Shown: positions 33,594 to 34,406 of the stretch, one piece after another
Numbering within the stretch: position 1 is the first letter of the stretch
Layout: each line of letters begins with the position of its first letter
DNA from: Methanosarcinales archaeon
Lineage (GTDB): Archaea; Halobacteriota; Syntropharchaeia; Alkanophagales; Methanospirareceae
Direction of reading: 5' to 3'
NCBI GenBank assembly: GCA_025464645.1
Contig: JAODGF010000005.1
Coordinates: 1-34,406 of the forward strand
Length of the DNA: 34,406 nucleotides
The notes under the pieces: generated by a model
Told to the model about the DNA's origin: nothing
The model's input: the letters and a program-made list of their open reading frames with translations, nothing else
Databases searched by the model: none
Program-made: the position numbers and the translations under genes

Positions 33594-34400
33594 CTAAAAA
33601 GGAACCCACCACCACATCACCACTGCTGAACGCTTCTCTTTACGCAGACCCTTTTCCGAAACGTATTGCTCGATGATTTCCTTCACGTGCGCATCGACCT
33701 CCACGTACTTACCTATAAAACTCGCTATGTACCTCACCTCCTGCTCGAAGTTCCTCTCTACGCGGTAGTTCATCGCTCGCACATTTACCAGCTTCCCCCA
33801 CTGTCGCAGTATCGGATAAGCAAAGTAATCGGCGTCAGGGTCAAACTCGCCTCTATATTTTTCCCCTGTTATCTTCGTCCACATATCCTTCACCATGCTG
33901 TCCCTTCCCGCAGGTTGTATCACTGCGCAATATTTATTTGAAGCATTTTCCATCTTCTTTAAGTGCTTTCCGAGGTCGCGCACCTGCCACAGGAAATGGG
34001 AACAGACGGCTAAATCAAATCGGTCTTCGATTTCCTGGTCGTCAACGTCCATCCAGTTTCTATTTATTATTTCAACGTTCTTGATTTGCTCTTCCTTAAG
34101 GTTTCGTTTCAGGTATTCCACAGCCATTTCGGAAGACTCAATTGCGACCACCTTTTTTACCTTTTTGGCTAATGGTATCGTCAACGTTCCGGGTCCAGAC
34201 CCTATTTCTAAAACTTCAAAGTCCTCATCTAATATCTCACTCAATGTCTCGACTGCTTTTCTTCCATATTCGTAATTGTTGTATTTAGCCTGCTCGGAAT
34301 AGTCATCCGCGAATTTCGCCCGGAACTGAGGGTCATAAGTAATTCTCAGGGTTTTCATTTTCTGCTTCTGCTTCTCTTCCCACGCTTCTTTCCAGTTCAT
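33594..34400 (-). CDS. Class I SAM-dependent methyltransferase
   Basis: 268 aa with motif I 'VLEIGSGPGTLTIPLA' and the acidic 'VAIESS' post-I motif. Confidence 0.7.
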   Translation of the reverse strand: MNWKEAWEEKQKQKMKTLRITYDPQFRAKFADDYSEQAKYNNYEYGRKAVETLSEILDEDFEVLEIGSGPGTLTIPLAKKVKKVVAIESSEMAVEYLKRNLKEEQIKNVEIINRNWMDVDDQEIEDRFDLAVCSHFLWQVRDLGKHLKKMENASNKYCAVIQPAGRDSMVKDMWTKITGEKYRGEFDPDADYFAYPILRQWGKLVNVRAMNYRVERNFEQEVRYIASFIGKYVEVDAHVKEIIEQYVSEKGLRKEKRSAVVMWWWVPF

Positions 34401-34406
34401 TTTTTT

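Overview
The window is archaeal, probably a euryarchaeon of the methanogen/ANME/Archaeoglobus type. The evidence is Orc1/Cdc6, the conserved L7Ae-S28e-L24e-NDK operon, an AglB/STT3 oligosaccharyltransferase and PGF-CTERM sorting signals. I found no rRNA, complete tRNA, CRISPR array, integrase or transposase.

Layout:
(1) 42-7838: a DUF362 gene, then an alpha-glucan (glycogen-type) cluster. It holds a divergent GalT/HIT-like nucleotidyltransferase, three GT-B glycosyltransferase paralogues, a GH57 hydrolase and a tiny wHTH protein. The middle glycosyltransferase has lost conserved catalytic-site residues.
(2) 7911-11651: an APH-like kinase divergent from orc1/cdc6, with an ORB-like dyad in the spacer, followed by rpl7ae-rps28e-rpl24e-ndk.
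(3) 11690-27297: the most unusual part, a ~15.6 kb cell-envelope locus. Seven copies of one uncharacterised secreted module are spread over five proteins. The module is what I recall as DUF3344, in two sub-types, interleaved with CARDB-type domains. The locus is organised as three co-directional transcription units. It includes an embedded MacB/FtsX-type (type VII) ABC ATPase+permease pair, two PGF-CTERM proteins plus one variant anchor, and an orphan class-III substrate-binding protein.
(4) 27304-30693: an unusually long aglB, convergent on the locus with only 6 nt between the stop codons.
(5) 30804-34400: a DEAD-box helicase, a UPF0016/GDT1 transporter, a ZIP transporter and a SAM methyltransferase.

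My main hypothesis is that 11690-30693 forms a previously uncharacterised surface-glycoprotein display and maintenance system. All family assignments rest on motifs read by eye; no HMM or BLAST search was possible.
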